Shown here in pieces: positions 22,280 through 25,505 of a DNA stretch of 25,505 nt. The notes under the pieces are model-generated. The model made no database searches. It saw only the letters and a program-made list of their open reading frames with translations, and was not told where the DNA came from. Made by a program: the position numbers and the translations under genes. Numbering within the stretch: the first letter of the stretch is position 1; the number at the start of each line of letters is the position of its first letter. The stretch is taken from positions 1 to 25,505 of the forward strand of contig CAZKIR010000001.1 of the NCBI GenBank assembly GCA_964552835.1, in the 5' to 3' direction. The DNA is from an uncultured Bacteroidales bacterium. GTDB lineage: Bacteria > Bacteroidota > Bacteroidia > Bacteroidales > CAYFUP01.

Positions 22280-23761
22280 TCAACCACTCAACCTGTGCAG
22301 CGCGATCCTGGCTTTTCGTTCTATACTTGTTTTGTACCCTTTTTTATTTAACTGCAAGGTTTTATGGTAAAAATATTCCGCGGTTTTAAGTTCCTTCTCT
22401 TCCTCGGCTATCCTACCCAATTGATAGGCCGAGTAAGGCACGAAATATTTTTCAAGCTTTTTCCCGTGTTGCACGGTATACTTGTAATATTTCTTGGCTT
22501 TGTCCATCTTGCCCAGCGCATGGCAAACCCTGGCTAGCCGGTAAAAAAATTCTACCTGGTATTCCAATGGCCCGCCTTTAAATTCACTTGCATTTTCTGA
22601 TAACATCAACATCGCTTCCTGGTAATACCCGCCATCATACAAAAGCCGGGTTTTAATCAAGGTTTTGTTCAGGCATTTAGGTTCGGGCAATTCATATTCC
22701 GCCAACTTATCGTGTTCGAGCAGGGCCAATCCCTCGGAATGAATTTTCTTGACACATTCACGGTAATTGCCCAAATCATCTTTCAAGTAATAATACCAGG
22801 CCAATTTCTTGTATGTATGTTTGATAAAATGATGGCTATGGTAATTATCCAGAAACCGTGAAAAATAAAAATGACCTTTGTCTAACTTTAACTGAGAAAA
22901 AGCAAGGGAACCGTAAAGGTAATCCAACTGTGGCATATCAACATCTGGATAATATATCCCCCGTTCCTCGAGCACCTCGAGGGCCTTGGCAGTAAAGCCC
23001 AATGCTTTTAACGAGAGCACGTAGCTTATCGAGCAAATAATATTTTCCGATTGATGATGTTGGTTAGCAACAAGAAATTCATGAGGGGCTTGTTCGTCTT
23101 TTCCAAATTGTGACATGGCAAAAAACATGTACATCACCCCTTCTACTTGAAAAGGGGTGCCCAGTGTATACTCGTAATACGCGCGCAGGTAATCAATCCC
23201 GGTTTCGTAAATGCCCGAGAACCCGAAAAACGAGAAGAACCTTTTATACTCGCCGGGCACGATGCTCATCATCAACTCGTGAATGCCCTTGATTTTCTTG
23301 TTCAAGATAAAACCCGGGTATTCTTCTATATTTTTCTCTGCCAAGGTATACGATTTATAAAAATATATCCCGGCGTTAACTAAATCATTAAATTGTCCTG
23401 AAACCAGTGTTGATTGCAAGAAAATTTCGGCGAGAAAATATTTATGGTAGGGGCTTTTTTCTTTTATTACAGAAAGCTTTTTTAACCGTTCTCCCAGGCT
23501 TTTCTTGTAACCATCAAATGCCTCGTCACTCCCGTCGATCACGGTGGTAATAAAATCATGGTAATTATCGAGATAATACAGGTAACCGTTTTCAGGACAA
23601 GCTTGTTTTCCAGTTTCAAGGTGGGTTTTGGCATCGGCAAACCGAAAAGAAAATAAAGCCTGATAAGCCAGTTCACAATCCCTGGTAAATTGATAACTGG
23701 CCTGTAAGGTAGGAATTAAGGCAAAAATAAAGGCTAAGGGCAACAAGTTCTTTTTAATCAT
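22280..23761 (-). CDS. Exported tetratricopeptide-repeat protein, TTC39/Iml2-like
   Basis: Signal peptide MIKKNLLPLAFIFALIPTLQA|S; all-helical, Tyr-rich TPR-like units (FFYRLARVCHALG..DKAKKYY; SAYQLGRIAEE.KEL..AEYFY). Confidence 0.8.
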   Translation of the reverse strand: MIKKNLLPLAFIFALIPTLQASYQFTRDCELAYQALFSFRFADAKTHLETGKQACPENGYLYYLDNYHDFITTVIDGSDEAFDGYKKSLGERLKKLSVIKEKSPYHKYFLAEIFLQSTLVSGQFNDLVNAGIYFYKSYTLAEKNIEEYPGFILNKKIKGIHELMMSIVPGEYKRFFSFFGFSGIYETGIDYLRAYYEYTLGTPFQVEGVMYMFFAMSQFGKDEQAPHEFLVANQHHQSENIICSISYVLSLKALGFTAKALEVLEERGIYYPDVDMPQLDYLYGSLAFSQLKLDKGHFYFSRFLDNYHSHHFIKHTYKKLAWYYYLKDDLGNYRECVKKIHSEGLALLEHDKLAEYELPEPKCLNKTLIKTRLLYDGGYYQEAMLMLSENASEFKGGPLEYQVEFFYRLARVCHALGKMDKAKKYYKYTVQHGKKLEKYFVPYSAYQLGRIAEEEKELKTAEYFYHKTLQLNKKGYKTSIERKARIALHRLSG

Positions 23762-23851
23762 ACGTTAAAAAATAAGGGGGCATGATAAAAACACGTGGTA
23801 ATGCATGATTAAATTGCTTGCCCTAACCTGTTCAGTAATCATGGGCTTAAG

Positions 23852-23882
23852 AAAAACAGGGCAATTGCCCTGTTTTTTTTTT
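23852..23882. terminator. Bidirectional intrinsic terminator after the zinc-ribbon gene
   Basis: Perfect 26-bp palindrome AAAAACAGGGCAATTGCCCTGTTTTT (23852-23877). It has T10 on the + strand and T5CTT on the minus strand. Confidence 0.75.
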
Positions 23883-23920
23883 GCAAATGTCCAAACTTAC
23901 CTCATGCCCTCCCGGGTACA

Positions 23921-24694
23921 TTATTCTTCGGTCTTGTCTTCCAGGATTTCAGTATCAACGAGAATACGCCCACAATATTCACAAACGATAACTTTTTTGC
24001 GCGATTTAATATCTAGTTGCCGCTGGGGCGGGATTTTATTGAAACACCCCCCGCAAGCGTCTCTCTGCACGGTGGCCACGGCTAGACCGTTGCGGGCATT
24101 CAGCCGGATTTTCTTGTATGCTGTTAGCAATCTTGGTTCAATTTTTTCCCCGAAATGTTCTGATTTCTTTTCCAGGTTTTCTTCTTCCTTCTGTGTTTCA
24201 GAAACGATATCGTTAAGTTCTTTCTTTTTGTTCTCGAGGTCTTCCGTGCGTTCTTGCAAAACATTTTTCGATTCCTCGATTTGCTTTTGAACCTCTTCTT
24301 TTTTATCGGTAAACTCAACAATCCTTTTATTACACAGCTCAACCTCAAGCTTTTGATACTCGATTTCTTTAGAAAGGGAATCAAATTCCCGGTTGTTCCT
24401 CACGTTGTTCTGTTGCTCGGTGTATTTTTTTACCAGGGATTCTGCTTCGGCTATCTCGTTCTTTTTCATCGCCACGTTTTCGTCCAGGTTTTTTATTTCT
24501 TCTTCGTATTTCTGGACGCGCGTTTCTAGCCCTGCTATTTCATCTTCTAAATCTTGTACTTCCAAGGGCAACTCCCCTCTCAAGGTTTTGATCTTATCAA
24601 TTTCAGAATCGATCAACTGCATTTGATATAATGTCCTCAGCTTTTCTTCAACTGACATTTCAGTTTTTTCTGCTGTTTTTGCCTTGTCTGCCAT
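23921..24694 (-). CDS. Coiled-coil protein with a C4-type zinc ribbon (DUF164; HP0958/CT398-like)
   Basis: LRTLYQMQLIDSEID, a long coiled coil, NNREFDSLSKEIEYQ, and CGGCFNKIPPQ...IVCEYCGRIL. Confidence 0.93.
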   Translation of the reverse strand: MADKAKTAEKTEMSVEEKLRTLYQMQLIDSEIDKIKTLRGELPLEVQDLEDEIAGLETRVQKYEEEIKNLDENVAMKKNEIAEAESLVKKYTEQQNNVRNNREFDSLSKEIEYQKLEVELCNKRIVEFTDKKEEVQKQIEESKNVLQERTEDLENKKKELNDIVSETQKEEENLEKKSEHFGEKIEPRLLTAYKKIRLNARNGLAVATVQRDACGGCFNKIPPQRQLDIKSRKKVIVCEYCGRILVDTEILEDKTEE

Positions 24695-24697
24695 ATG

Positions 24698-25505
24698 TTA
24701 AAAATAATTTACTGGGTTTGGATTTCTTTTTGACAAATAAACCGCAAAGGTAGAAAATTTTTCAGTAAGTCGTTCATAAAAAATATCTCGTGTAAACTGC
24801 TCACTCTCGTAATGCCCAACATCTGCTATCACGATTTTGCCATCCGCTTCAAAAAATTGATGATATTTAACATCTGATGAAATAAAAATATCTGCATTTT
24901 CTTTGATTGCCGTCGAAAGTAGAAAACTACCGCTGCCCCCGCACACGGCCACTTTCTTTATTTTTTTCCCAAGCAACGCGGTATGCCTGACAAATGGGAC
25001 AGAAAAAACTTCTTTTACATGGCGTAAAAAAGAGCTTTCATCTTGTTCTTTTTCCAGGGTCCCGATCATTCCAGCCCCGGCCCCGGGATATTCGTTTTCA
25101 AGTGGGTACAAATCATATGCCACCTCTTCGTACGGATGGGCCTGGAACAGGGCATTCAACACCGTGTTCTTCAAATGTTGGGGCACAATCGTCTCTACCC
25201 GGTATTCTTCTTCAAAATGCACCTTGCCCTTTTCGCCCACGTGGGGGTTGGTTGTCTCATCGCCGCGAAAAGTCCCGTTTCCCAAGAGGTTATAACTACA
25301 TGAATCATAGTTGCCAATATGGCCAGCCCCGGCAGCAAAAACCGCCTCGCGCACCGCCACGACATGATCCACGGGTACGAAGGCCACGAGTTTAAGCAAG
25401 TCGCCCCGGCGCTTTTTTAAAATTCCCGCTTGTTGCAGGCCTAATTTAGAACATATCATCGCGTTAACACCTTGGGCTACATTATCCAGGTTGGTATGCC
25501 ATGCC
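24698..25505 (-). CDS. Nif3-like dinuclear metal centre protein with an inserted PII-like domain; 5' end beyond the window
   Basis: The frame stays open past the ORF-track start to the edge (AWHTNLDNVAQGVNAMICSKLGL). Motifs KLVAFVP, GAGHIGNYDSCS, AHPYEEVAYD, KVAVCGGSG, DVKYHQFF, ADVGHYESEQFT. Confidence 0.95.
   Translation of the reverse strand, partial: AWHTNLDNVAQGVNAMICSKLGLQQAGILKKRRGDLLKLVAFVPVDHVVAVREAVFAAGAGHIGNYDSCSYNLLGNGTFRGDETTNPHVGEKGKVHFEEEYRVETIVPQHLKNTVLNALFQAHPYEEVAYDLYPLENEYPGAGAGMIGTLEKEQDESSFLRHVKEVFSVPFVRHTALLGKKIKKVAVCGGSGSFLLSTAIKENADIFISSDVKYHQFFEADGKIVIADVGHYESEQFTRDIFYERLTEKFSTFAVYLSKRNPNPVNYF

Noticed and set aside
21976-22389. 137-aa alternate-frame ORF with AVLAGAVLAG repeats
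   Set aside because: A frameshifted reading of the Gly-codon tail of the TPM gene, not an independent repeat protein.
1590-25395. The many 60-160 aa antisense or alternate-frame ORFs inside long genes (e.g. 3839-4273, 6616-7077, 11719-12183, 14665-15129, 23805-24290, 24903-25395)
   Set aside because: Nested in or largely overlapping well-supported genes, with no recognisable motifs; expected shadows at this base composition.
1-25505. Mobile elements, prophage, CRISPR arrays, tRNA/rRNA, riboswitches, defence systems
   Set aside because: No transposase, integrase or phage motifs and no spaced direct repeats seen. All intergenic gaps are about 210 nt or shorter and are largely explained by promoters and terminators. 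An Infernal/Rfam scan would be needed to exclude small RNAs formally.

Overview
Core-chromosome window of a Bacteroidota bacterium, probably Bacteroidia (Bacteroidales/Marinilabiliales-like). The taxonomic call is inferred from gene order, TAnnTTTG-type promoter elements and A-rich leaders without Shine-Dalgarno motifs. Left to right: a LacI-family regulator (minus strand, cut by the window edge and missed by the ORF track) with two candidate operators; a small membrane protein-mutL-rhomboid-rhomboid-EEP operon; dapD-GT4-tsaC; a lone carA; a type IX secretion/gliding island (murF <- gldJ <- porP/sprF, divergent from porU-porV-ispF-CoA-binding protein-thioredoxin); lemA-TPM-TPM; and on the minus strand nif3 (cut by the right edge), a C4 zinc-ribbon protein and an exported TPR protein. 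I saw no mobile element, CRISPR array, tRNA or rRNA. This is mostly conserved housekeeping DNA and I cannot claim a wholly new system. The best leads are at residue and motif level: a MutL that has lost its endonuclease metal ligands, a GT4 with a degenerate active site, a bacterial TTC39/Iml2-like TPR protein, a readable LacI operator pair, a porP-gldJ pair that mirrors porP-porK, and murF sitting 11 nt behind a strong terminator. All homology calls come from motif recognition, not database searches.
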